Assembly (NCBI GenBank): GCA_036149055.1
Contig: JAYZQJ010000191.1
Span: 1-64,000 of the forward strand
Source of the DNA: Myxococcota bacterium
GTDB taxonomy: Bacteria > Myxococcota_A > Polyangia > Polyangiales > Sandaracinaceae
Length of the DNA: 64,000 nucleotides
Direction of reading: 5' to 3'
Both the position numbers and the translations under genes were made by a program. The notes under the pieces were generated by a model, which was not told the DNA's origin, ran no database searches, and saw only the letters and a program-made list of their open reading frames with translations. Positions 10,087 to 22,000 of this stretch are shown in pieces. Each line of letters starts with the position of its first letter. The stretch's first letter is position 1.

Positions 10087-11844
10087 TCAAGGGCGGGGGC
10101 GACGGGTGAAGTAGAGGTCCCAGGTGCCGCTGCGGCGGTCCTGCCAGATCAGCAGCTCGCCCTCGGATACGAGGTGGCGCTGCTCGGCGGGGTGGTCGGT
10201 GATCAGGACGCCCGGGCCGCCGCGCTGGCCGATGCCCACGTCCCAGTTGCCGCGCTCGAAGCTGCGGTAGCCGACGTGGATCGAGCCGCGACTCTCGACG
10301 ATCTGCGCGCCGGGCCCGCTCGCCCACACCTCGGTCCCCCGCACGTGGAGGGCGTCCCAGCGCGCGCAGTGGACCTCCCAGTCGGCGGTCTCGGCGGGGG
10401 CGCCGCCGCCGACCCGGGCGCCGTCGGTCCAGCAGTCCCCCGCGAGGTTGTGGATGGGCGGCGTCGCGTCCCAGATCGCGAGGCTGTAGCCGATGCCGTA
10501 GTGGAAGTGCTCCGCGTATTCCGCGTAGTGCGGGAGCACGTCGCCGGTGGCGTCGCTCAGGTAGAGCGCGAACCCGGCGGAGCGCCGGACGAGCTGCGGT
10601 GCGATCTGTCGTCCCGGCCAGCCCAACGGCTGGTGCAGGGTGGTGCGCGCTCCAAAGCGGGGCGGCAGCCACGCGCCGCCGACCATGAGGTCGCGCCGTC
10701 CGCCGCCGACGTCCTCCGACCAGACCACGACGTGGCCGCTGGAGTCGACCGTCGGGCCGTCGCTCTCCACCGTCGACAGCGGGGTCTCGACGCCGGTCGA
10801 GAGATCGAACCGGAGGGCGCGCGAGGCGCTGCCGGCGCCGCGGGTGTAGACCACGACGTCGCCCCCGAGGGTGGGCGGGCCCTCGTCCTCGGGGGTGGTG
10901 GTGAGCCGCGTCTTCAGGCCGGTGGCCAGATCGAAGACGAAGACGTCGGCGTTGCCGTGCTCGTTCGAGAGGTAGGCGACCCGGGAGCCCGACACCGACG
11001 GGGCTTGGAGATCCTCGGGGCCGGTGAGCAGCGGCGCGCCGCCCGGGCAGCTCTCGTCGACGAAGCCGTCGCAGTCGTCGTCGAGGCCGTCGCATCGCCC
11101 GCCGCTCGCCTCGTCCTCGACGTAGTCGGCGCCGTACTCGTCGTGGCCGCACGCCCCGAAGCCGAGGGCGCCGCGGCAGGTCGCGCGCGCGTCGCCGCAG
11201 ACGCCGGCGGAGAGGGGGCAGACCGGGCCGACGAGCTCCTCGTCCACCACGCCGTCGCAGTCCTCGTCGGTCCCGTCGCAGGTCTCGGTCTCGGGGTGGA
11301 TGGCGCCCTCGCAGGCGCCCCACGCGCCGTCGAGGCAGCGCTGCACGCCGCCTTCGCAGGCCCCGACCTCGAGGCCGCAGCGCTGCGAGGTCCCCTCCCG
11401 ACAGGCGCAGGTCTCGTCGATGGCGCCGTCGCAGTCGTCGTCCCGGCGGTTGCATACCTCGGCCGTCGGGCCGACCGCCCCGACGCACGCGCTCCACGCG
11501 CCGTCCCGGCAGCGCTCCACGCCGGGCAGACACTCGCCCATCGCCTCGCCGCAGGGCCGCTCCTCCCCGTGCCGGCAACCGCAGCCCTCGTCGGTCTCCC
11601 CGTCGCAGTCGTTGTCGAGGCCGTCGCAGGCCGTCTCGACCGGCTGGTGGTCGCGGCCGTAGTCGCAGGTGGAGGCGCCTTCGACACAGCGAGGCACCGC
11701 GCCACGGCACACGCCCTCGTCGAGGCAGGCGGCCGGCGCGCAGCCGGCGTCCGGCTCGCCCGCGTCGGAGCCCGCGAATTCGTGGACGGAGTGGCACCCG
11801 GTCGCGAAGACGAGGGCGGCGAGGAGGGGGAGCGGTCGCGCCAT
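10087..11844 (-). CDS. Lipoprotein with Cys/Asp repeats and beta-propeller (paralog 2)
   Basis: Lipobox MARPLPLLAALVFATGC; same repeats; last 79 aa differ from paralog 1 at 5 positions. Confidence 0.8.
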   Translation of the reverse strand: MARPLPLLAALVFATGCHSVHEFAGSDAGEPDAGCAPAACLDEGVCRGAVPRCVEGASTCDYGRDHQPVETACDGLDNDCDGETDEGCGCRHGEERPCGEAMGECLPGVERCRDGAWSACVGAVGPTAEVCNRRDDDCDGAIDETCACREGTSQRCGLEVGACEGGVQRCLDGAWGACEGAIHPETETCDGTDEDCDGVVDEELVGPVCPLSAGVCGDARATCRGALGFGACGHDEYGADYVEDEASGGRCDGLDDDCDGFVDESCPGGAPLLTGPEDLQAPSVSGSRVAYLSNEHGNADVFVFDLATGLKTRLTTTPEDEGPPTLGGDVVVYTRGAGSASRALRFDLSTGVETPLSTVESDGPTVDSSGHVVVWSEDVGGGRRDLMVGGAWLPPRFGARTTLHQPLGWPGRQIAPQLVRRSAGFALYLSDATGDVLPHYAEYAEHFHYGIGYSLAIWDATPPIHNLAGDCWTDGARVGGGAPAETADWEVHCARWDALHVRGTEVWASGPGAQIVESRGSIHVGYRSFERGNWDVGIGQRGGPGVLITDHPAEQRHLVSEGELLIWQDRRSGTWDLYFTRRPRP

Positions 11845-11859
11845 GACCGCTGCGCCGAC

Positions 11860-11874
11860 GCAAGCTTCGTACCT
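11860..11874 (-). promoter_or_regulatory. Putative sigma-54 promoter
   Basis: AGGTAC-GAAGC-TTGC (GG-N10-GC), 15 nt before the ATG at 11844. Confidence 0.5.
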
Positions 11875-11956
11875 GCATGGCAAGGAGGTTGTCGGCGTGA
11901 CGGGTCTCGGCAGCGGGGCCGTTCACGGCGACCCTCGGCCCTGGTACCGTGGGCGG

Positions 11957-12226
11957 ATGAGCGCTCCGTTTCGCGCCACCGTGCGCCAGGTCTATCGGCT
12001 CAACGACACCCAGCTCGTCGTGCTGCGCGACGGCTACGAGGGCGACGTGGGGCCCGGGGACGAGATCGAGCTGCAGCTCCAGGAGGGCACGGCGAAGGCC
12101 AAGGTCGTCGACCTCGCGTGGGGGAGCGCGTTCCAGGCGACCGAGCCGCCGCTGACCCTGATCGTGAAAGGCCTCCCCGAGGGCGCGGAGCCCGCCGAGG
12201 AGGCCTGGGTCAAGACCTCGAGCTGA
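11957..12226 (+). CDS. Small hypothetical protein (89 aa)
   Basis: Protein-like composition and GC3-rich codons; fills the gap between flanking genes. Confidence 0.65.
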   Translation: MSAPFRATVRQVYRLNDTQLVVLRDGYEGDVGPGDEIELQLQEGTAKAKVVDLAWGSAFQATEPPLTLIVKGLPEGAEPAEEAWVKTSS

Positions 12227-12234
12227 CGTCGGTC

Positions 12235-12831
12235 TTACTGGGCCGGGGGCTCCGGCAGGCTGCTCGGCATGACGCTGTTCAGCTCGGAGAAGCCGATGGT
12301 GTAGCCCTCGGTGTTGCCGGTGAAGGTGCCGACGTAGACCGCGTAGGTGCCCGCGTTGAACTGGCCGACGATGAGCGGGTCGAGGCCGGTGCCGTTGCCG
12401 TCGTCGTTGCAGCGCCAGGTGCCGTCCGGGCCGCGGATGGCGAGCGTGGTGTCGTGCGCCGAGTTCACCATCACGCGCAGGTTGTTGAAGTTGCTGGTCA
12501 GGGTGACGTTGTGCTGCGGCTGGGCCGGGATGCGGCCGGCGTTGCAGTTCTGATCGAAGCTGTTCGCCATGGTCGAGCCGCCCGCGGTGCCCTGGGCGGT
12601 CTGCGGGTCGGGCATGAAGCCCGGGGTGAGCGACACGTTCGGCGTGGCCGAGCCGGGCTGGGGGCCGGTGGCCGGCTGCGTCGGGGGAGGGGTCGGGGGC
12701 TGCACCGGCGCGGTGGGCGTCGGGGCCACCGGCGGGGCGTCGTCGTCGTCGTCACCACCACAAGCGATGATGGCGCCGAGGATCATCCAGGCCGCGGCGA
12801 TGCGCAGACCCTTCGCTAGCTTCGTCTTCAT
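12235..12831 (-). CDS. Lipoprotein with Pro-rich linker and PPC-like beta-sandwich domain
   Basis: Signal peptide ending IIAC; LTPGFMPDP...DTTLAIRGPDGTWRCNDD...GTYAVYVGTF. Confidence 0.75.
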   Translation of the reverse strand: MKTKLAKGLRIAAAWMILGAIIACGGDDDDDAPPVAPTPTAPVQPPTPPPTQPATGPQPGSATPNVSLTPGFMPDPQTAQGTAGGSTMANSFDQNCNAGRIPAQPQHNVTLTSNFNNLRVMVNSAHDTTLAIRGPDGTWRCNDDGNGTGLDPLIVGQFNAGTYAVYVGTFTGNTEGYTIGFSELNSVMPSSLPEPPAQ

Positions 12832-12895
12832 CGGTACCTCGGGAGAATGAGAGGCGGGGATTGTGCCCGACGGGGCTCCCCTCGTCTCCCGAATT

Positions 12896-13777
12896 TCACG
12901 GGGTGGTCGGAGCGGGGGCCGCGAGCTCGCCGTCCGTGATCCAGGTGGACGCGTCTCGCGGGTCCTCGCCGGGGCCCGGGCCGAAGGTGCCGCCGATCGA
13001 GAGGCTGACCGTCGGGTAGAGGAGGTAGGGCGCGTCGATCCACATCCACTGTCCCTCGAGCGCGAGGCTCACCTCGTCGGTCATCTGGAGCCGCGCCTCG
13101 GCGCCCACCGCCACGACGAAGTGACCGAGGACCGACGTCGCCGGCTGGCCGAAGGCCGTGTCGAGGCTGGGCTGGCTGCGCACGCCCAGGGTGCCGGTCA
13201 GGCGGACCGCCTCGCCGAGCCAGCGCGAGGCCGAGAGGTTCGCGCCCACCAGGAAGTTCACCCGGAGCTCGTCGCTCTCCGGGCCGGAGCACGGGACGAC
13301 CTCGCCGGAGGAGTCGGTGCAGTCGCTGAAGACGGCCTCCTCCCACCGGATCGGCAGGATCGCGAAGCCTCCCTCGAGGCCGGCGGCGAGCAGGGTGCGG
13401 CCGTGGTCCAGGGGGAGGGTGAGCGTCGGATCCGCGAGCCCGTACCAGCCGGCGAGGCCCGGCGGCCGATGCGGGTCGCGGCTGATCCGCAGGGCGCCGG
13501 CGTCGAGGAACGAGCCGTAGTGGACGCGCATCGTGAAGTGCTCGTGCAGCCGGATGCCGGCCGCGCCCTCGATCTGGGCGCGGGGCACGTAGACCGCGGC
13601 GCTGCCGGAGGCCGTCGACGGCTCGACGTCGGTCTGGACCAGGACCCGACCCCGGACCTCCACGCGACCGCGAGAGGGCGCCGGCGTGGGGTTGGCGGGG
13701 AGCGGCACGAGCTGCGATCGGAGGGTGCCGCAGCCGGACGCGAGGAGGAGCAAGGTGAAAGCCAAGTGAGCACGCAT
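12896..13777 (-). CDS. Hypothetical lipoprotein, possibly an outer-membrane beta-rich protein
   Basis: Lipobox LLASGC; alternating beta-strand pattern near the C-terminus. Confidence 0.65.
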   Translation of the reverse strand: MRAHLAFTLLLLASGCGTLRSQLVPLPANPTPAPSRGRVEVRGRVLVQTDVEPSTASGSAAVYVPRAQIEGAAGIRLHEHFTMRVHYGSFLDAGALRISRDPHRPPGLAGWYGLADPTLTLPLDHGRTLLAAGLEGGFAILPIRWEEAVFSDCTDSSGEVVPCSGPESDELRVNFLVGANLSASRWLGEAVRLTGTLGVRSQPSLDTAFGQPATSVLGHFVVAVGAEARLQMTDEVSLALEGQWMWIDAPYLLYPTVSLSIGGTFGPGPGEDPRDASTWITDGELAAPAPTTP

Positions 13778-13789
13778 GCCGGCGGCGAT

Positions 13790-13805
13790 TGCGAACCGCG
13801 TGCCG
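13790..13805 (-). promoter_or_regulatory. Putative sigma-54 promoter
   Basis: CGGCAC-GCGGT-TCGCA (GG-N10-GC), 13 nt before the ATG at 13777. Confidence 0.5.
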
Positions 13806-13869
13806 CGCCGGGAGCGTGCCGCTCGGCCGTGTCAGCCCGTGCCAGGGCCGGGGGCGGCGTGAAGCACGC

Positions 13870-15108
13870 TCACCCGGTCTGGGCTTCGTCGTCGTCGTCG
13901 CTCGTGATCAGCCGCAGCGCCTTCGTGCGCATGCCGCTGACCCGGCGGGCCGAGAAGGGGAGCTCGTCGGCGGTCGCGTAGCGCATCACCCGGCCCGGGT
14001 CGGTCTCGGCGCGGCCGAGGTACCAGCCCTGGAGGAGGTCGACGCCGAGGCCGGCGGCGGCCTGCGACTCTCCGACCGTCTCGATGCCCTCCGCGACCAC
14101 CTGGGCGCCGGTGGTGGAGGCGAAGCGGCAGAGCAGATCCACCAACCGCTGCTTCCGGGGCTCGCGGTCGAGGTCGCGGGTGAGGCTCATGTCGAGCTTC
14201 ACGATGTCGGGGTCGATGTCGGCGAGCGCGGCGAGGGAGCTCGCGCCGGCCCCGAGATCGTCGACCGCGATCCGGAAGCCCGCCTCGCGCAGGCGCCCCA
14301 CCGAGGCCGCCCAGCCGGGGCGGCCGATGAGCGACGAGCGCTCGGTGATCTCGAGCACCACCCGGCGCGAGAACGCGCGCAGCGGACCCATGCGGATCAT
14401 CAGCGCCTCCGCGTCGGTCAGCTCGTCCGGGTGGAGGTTGAGGAAGAGCTGGGTCGGCGCCGGGACCTGCGAGAGCCAGCGGGCCGCCGCGTGGGCGACC
14501 GCCCGACCGAGCGCGTGCACCGCGCCGTGGGCCTCGGCCGCCGCCAGCACCTGCTCGGGCCCGGTGAGCACGTCGCAGTCGCAGCGCAGCAGCGCCTCGA
14601 AGGCCACCGTGCGCCGGTCGCTGGCCCGCACGATCGGCTGGAGGCCCAGGGAGATTCCGTCCCGCGCGATCAGCGCCTCGAGCGCGCGCCCCTGCTCCCG
14701 GTGGGCGGCGTCGCGGGCCCGGGCCCAGCGGAGGCCGGCCCGCTCGGCGGTGTCGATCGCCTCGCGCACCGCGGACACCAGGTCCTTCGGGTGCACGGGT
14801 TTCTGAATGATCTTGGCGACTTCGCCGCGGTTGACCGCGTCGACCATCACGTCGACGTCCAGCGCGCCCGAGACCAGCAGGCGCACCATCGAGGGCTGCA
14901 CGTCCCGGAGCCGGGCGAGCACGCTCAGGCCGTCGAGCCCGGGCATCCGGTAGTCGACGAGGGCCACGCTGAGGGACTCGCTCTTGGCGATGCGGAGGGC
15001 CTCGACCCCGCTCGCGGCGCCGACGGTCTCGAAGCCGGCGCGACGGAGCACCTGCTGGATCGTCCTTCGAACGAGATCGTCGTCGTCCACCACCAGGATC
15101 GAATGCAT
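13870..15108 (-). CDS. Response regulator with EAL (c-di-GMP phosphodiesterase) domain
   Basis: REC motifs ILVVDDD, VDYRMPGLDG, KP; EAL motifs FEALLR, IAVDDLGAG, VKLD, VAEGIE, LLQGW. Confidence 0.9.
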   Translation of the reverse strand: MHSILVVDDDDLVRRTIQQVLRRAGFETVGAASGVEALRIAKSESLSVALVDYRMPGLDGLSVLARLRDVQPSMVRLLVSGALDVDVMVDAVNRGEVAKIIQKPVHPKDLVSAVREAIDTAERAGLRWARARDAAHREQGRALEALIARDGISLGLQPIVRASDRRTVAFEALLRCDCDVLTGPEQVLAAAEAHGAVHALGRAVAHAAARWLSQVPAPTQLFLNLHPDELTDAEALMIRMGPLRAFSRRVVLEITERSSLIGRPGWAASVGRLREAGFRIAVDDLGAGASSLAALADIDPDIVKLDMSLTRDLDREPRKQRLVDLLCRFASTTGAQVVAEGIETVGESQAAAGLGVDLLQGWYLGRAETDPGRVMRYATADELPFSARRVSGMRTKALRLITSDDDDEAQTG

Positions 15109-15421
15109 GGCTCTCCTCACATCGACGGAGGGGTGAAGAACTTGACCTCCCGCCATCGGGACGTCCCCGCTCCCTCACATCGAGCCTTCGCCCCGCTGGG
15201 GCGCCACACAAGTCCACTGGATCGGACGCGTCCGCGGCGTCGGGCTTTCCCTGGCACGTCGAGATCGTTTTCCATCGGGGTGCGTAGCCTTTTTCGCACT
15301 TTGAACTCTCACGTCGTCGCGTTGCGCGGAGCCCCCGTCTTCGGCTAGCGTCGCCGCCCAGTTCCGGGAGGGGTGAGGTGCGCGCACGCGCAGGCCCGCC
15401 CTTCTCCGAGGAGGCTTTCAC

Positions 15422-17935
<2,514 letters not shown>

Positions 17936-17938
17936 GCC

Positions 17939-19060
17939 ATGGCCGAGACGTACGACGCCGAGGTGGCGATCATCGGCGCCGGCCCGGCCGGCACCGCCGC
18001 GGCCGCGCACCTCGCGAGCCTCGGGATCGACGACGTGGTCCTCGTCGACCGCCACGACTTCCCGCGCGACAAGACCTGCGGCAGCGGCATCTCCCCCAAG
18101 GGGATCAAGGTGCTCAAGGAGCTCGGCATCTGGGAGGAGGTCGAGCCCCACGCCTACTGGATCCGCGGCATCCGCATCGTCACGCCGGGCGGCCGCGACA
18201 GCTGGCAGTCGGCCGGCGACGTCGCCGAGGCCGTGGTCTGCCACCGCCGCACCCTCGATCACATCCTCTGGAAGAAGGCCGTCTCGGGCGGCGTGCGCTT
18301 CCTGCCCAACTTCGACGCCGCCGAGGCGATCGAGGAGGGCGGGCGCATGGTCGGCTTCAAGGCCCGCGACGGCCGCGAGGTCCGCGCCCGCTACACCCTG
18401 ATCGCCGGCGGCAGCCACTGCCGCGTCGGCCTGCCGGAGCTCCGGCCGCGCCGCACCATCCAGGCGATCATGGGCTGGTGGGACGACGCGGACTTCAAGC
18501 CGCACCACGTCGAGATGATCTTCGACCGGATGATCGAGCCCTACTACGGCTGGCTCTTCCCGGAGTCGGAGACGCGGGTGAACATCGGCATCACCTACGA
18601 GGATCCGCCCGGCGAGAAGAAGCACGCGCGGAAGCTCTTCCAGCAGTTCCTCGACAAGTACTACGGCGAGCGCCTCGCCAACGCGACGCAGGTCGGCGGC
18701 TGGAAGGGCCACCCGGTGGTCTGGAGCTACAAGATCGACAGCCTCACCGCGCCCGGCCGCGTCGCGATCGGGGAGTCCGGGCTGATGACCCACCCGGCGA
18801 CCGCCGAGGGCATCTACCAGGGCATGCGCTCCGGCATGCTCGGCGCCGAGGCCGTTCACTCGATCCTCCGCCGCGGCGTGGCCGAGCAGGAGGCGGGCGC
18901 GATCTACGAGCGCGAGTGCAAGAAGGCGTTCCAGCTCTCCTTCTGGGGCGGCGGCGTCTTCCGCAAGATGGTGCGCACCGACGCGCTCGACTGGGCGGTC
19001 GCGATCGGCGAGCAGCCGATGGTGCAGTCGGTCACCGCGAAGCTGATGGCGGCCATGTGA
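17939..19060 (+). CDS. Geranylgeranyl-reductase-family FAD oxidoreductase (candidate sterol double-bond reductase)
   Basis: IIGAGPAG, FPRDKTCGSGI, YGWLFP, NIGI, HPATAEGIYQGM. Confidence 0.85.
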   Translation: MAETYDAEVAIIGAGPAGTAAAAHLASLGIDDVVLVDRHDFPRDKTCGSGISPKGIKVLKELGIWEEVEPHAYWIRGIRIVTPGGRDSWQSAGDVAEAVVCHRRTLDHILWKKAVSGGVRFLPNFDAAEAIEEGGRMVGFKARDGREVRARYTLIAGGSHCRVGLPELRPRRTIQAIMGWWDDADFKPHHVEMIFDRMIEPYYGWLFPESETRVNIGITYEDPPGEKKHARKLFQQFLDKYYGERLANATQVGGWKGHPVVWSYKIDSLTAPGRVAIGESGLMTHPATAEGIYQGMRSGMLGAEAVHSILRRGVAEQEAGAIYERECKKAFQLSFWGGGVFRKMVRTDALDWAVAIGEQPMVQSVTAKLMAAM

Positions 19061-22000
19061 TGACGCCGCGGTACGACGTCGGGATCGTCGGCGCGTCGGT
19101 CGCCGGGTGCACCACCGCGCTGGCGTGCGCGAAGGCGGGGGCGCGCGTGCTCCTGCTCGAGGCCGACCCGAACGAGGCGGCCGCGCAGCACGTCGGAGCG
19201 TGGCTCCACCCGGACGCGATGGACGCGCTCGAGGGCCTCGGCGTCGACCTCGTGCCCCCCGTGGGCTACCCGACCGGCAAGGGCTACGTGCTCTTCCCGG
19301 AGGACGGCACCGAGGCCGTGGTCCTGCCGTACTCGGTGGGCCGCTTCGGCTTCTCGCTCCCGCAGGGCCTCCTGGTCGAGACGCTGCGGCAGCACTGCGA
19401 CGCCGACGAGGCGGTGACCCTCCGCTCGCCGGTCCGCGCGAGCCGCGTCGACGCGGGTACGCTCACCTGGCAGGAGCGCGGCCGCCCGCGCAGCGCCCGG
19501 GTCGAGCACGTCGTCTTCGCCGCCGGCGCGGACGTGCAGCCGATCAAGCGCGGCGCCGGCTACGTCTTCGGCGCGATCGAGCGGCCGCCGACGCACCGCA
19601 TCGCCAGCCTCGATCTGGTGGGCGCGACGCTGCCCTTCGAGGGCTTCCGACACGTCTTCGTCGGCGGCTGCGGCGTCGCGATCGCGCACCGCGTCGGCCC
19701 GGCCACCGTGCGCCTGGCGCTCGACGTGCCGCTCGGCTTCCGCGTGCCCCGCGAGGGCGGCGTGCAGCTGCTCGAGGCCTACGCGCCGTCGCTGCCGGAG
19801 GAGCTCGCCCTGCCCTTCGCCGAGGCGCTGCGCCGCGGGGCGCCGTCCTGGTCGCACGGCCGCATCCAGCCGCGCGGCAACATGATCCGCGGGGGCATCG
19901 CGCGGGTCGGCGACGCCGCCGGCAGCCTGCACCCGCTCACCGCGGCCGGCCCGAGCCTCGCGATCGCCGACGGCGTCGCCTTCGCCGAGTCCCGCTCGCC
20001 GGCCTCGTTCGCGCGCAAGCGCCGCCGCGACACCCGCCTCCCCGAGGCGATCGCGATCGGGCTCGCCGAGGTGCTGACCGACGAGGCGCCGGAGAGCGTC
20101 GCCATCCGCCGCGCGATGTACAACATGTGGCGCGACGATCCGGGCGAGCGGCTCCGCACGATGAGCTACATCGCCGGCGAGAACGAGGGGCTGCTGCGCT
20201 TCGGCGGCTCGTGTCTCCGGGTCATGCTCTCGAGCGCGGCCCGGGTGGCGAAGAGCGGCGCCCGCGGCGAGCTGCGCCACGCGCACCGGACCGGCTCGGC
20301 GCTGCTCGAGCGCATCGGCTGGATGGTCGGCGGCGCGCTCGGCTGGAGCGATCTCCTGCCCGACGCCTTCGCGGAGAAGCTCGAGGCGCGCGGCACCACG
20401 CGCTACCTCGGCGCGCTGCACCACACCGGCGAGGCCGAGGTCGTCGGGCTGCCCGCCCGGAGCGGCGGCGCGTCGTCGATCCAGACCGCGCTCGCGCGCG
20501 GCGCCCAGGCGCTGGTGAACGAGCAGGCCGAGGACGGCTCCTTCGAGGGGGAGGTCGTCTGGTGCCCGATGCTCGCCGCGCAGTACGTGCTCGCCTCGCA
20601 CGTGATGGACCGGCCGATCGATCCCGAGCGTCGGCGGCTGCTCCTGCGTCACTTCGAGGACACGTTGCTGCCCGGCGGCGCGTGGGGCCTGCACGAGAAG
20701 AGCGAGCCCTACCTCTTCGTCACCACGCTCGTGTACGTCGCGGCCCGGCTCCTCGGGGTCGACAAGGACGACGCGCTCATCCGCGAGGCGAAGGCGTTCA
20801 TCCGTCAGGAGGGCGGCGCGGTCGGCATCCCGAGCTGGGGCAAGCTCTGGCTCGCGCTCGTCGATCTCTACGCCTGGGAGGGCGTCAACCCGGTGGTGCC
20901 CGAGCTCTGGGCGACGCCGCGCTGGCTGCCGATGCACCCGAGCCGCTACTACTGCCACACCCGGCTCATCTACATGGGCATGGCCGCGCTCTACGGCGGG
21001 CGCGTGCGGCGCGAAGCGAACGCGACCATCCGCTGCGTGCGCGACGAGATCTTCCTCCAGCCGTACGGCGAGATCGACTTCGACGCCGCGCGCGAGACCC
21101 TCCGCGAGGGGGACGTGCACGACGCGCCGGGGCCGCTCCTGAAGCTGAGCTACCGGCTCCTCACCCGCTTCGAGCAGGCCAAGTCCGACGGCCTCCGGCA
21201 GAGGCTCCTCGGCGAGCTGCGCGACAAGATCCGCTACGAGCTCCGCTCGACGCACTACACCTGCATCTCGCCGGTCAGCGGCATGCTCGGCCTCCTCGCG
21301 CTCCACGCGAACGACCCGTCGGATCCCGACCTCGTGAAGGGGCTCGAGGGCTTCGAGGGCTGGATCTGGGAGGACGAGCAGGAGGGCGCGCGCATCGCCG
21401 GCGCCCGGAGCGCGACCTGGGACACCGCGTTCGCCGCCCAGGCGCTCGCGGCGGCCGCGGGTCACGTGGACGTCAGCGCGCCCCTCGAGCGCGCCGACGC
21501 CTTCCTCGCCAGCCAGCAGATCCGGCGCGGCACCGGCCTCGAGGGGCAGCACGACCGGCTCGACCCGACCGGCGGCTACTGCTTCGCCGGCGTCTGGCAC
21601 GGCTGGCCGGTCAGCGACTGCACCGCCGAGGCGATGCTCGCGCGGCTCCACAACCCGGCCGCGAAGCCGAGCGCCCGCGCGATGGAGCAGGCGGCCGAGT
21701 TCGTGCTGCGCTGCCAGAACGCCGACGGCGGCTTCGGGAGCTACGAGGCGCGGCGGCACGCGCGGCTCTCGATCGACTGGCTCAACCCGAGCGAGATGTT
21801 CGGCGCGTGCATGACCGAGCGCTCCTACGTCGAGTGCACCGCGTCGTGCGTGCAGGGCCTCGCCGCCTTCCGCGAGCGCTACCCGGACCGGCTCCGCGGG
21901 CGCGTCGACGCGGCGATCGAGGCCGGCGTCGCCCGCCTCCGCGCCGAGCAGCGCGCCGACGGCTCCTTCGAGGGCATGTGGGGCGTCAACTTCATCTACG

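Noticed and set aside
9130..11640. Repeated gccgtcgcagtcgtcgtcga units as a possible CRISPR array
   Set aside because: They are degenerate, irregularly spaced, in-frame coding repeats (CDGxDxDCDG); no cas genes are present
10010..11926. 1250-aa ORF apparently joining the two lipoprotein genes
   Set aside because: The upstream part is an off-frame reading of paralog 2; paralog 1 has its own lipobox start at 10009
15252..15267. TGGCACG upstream of the steroid operon as a sigma-54 promoter
   Set aside because: There is no GC at the -12 position
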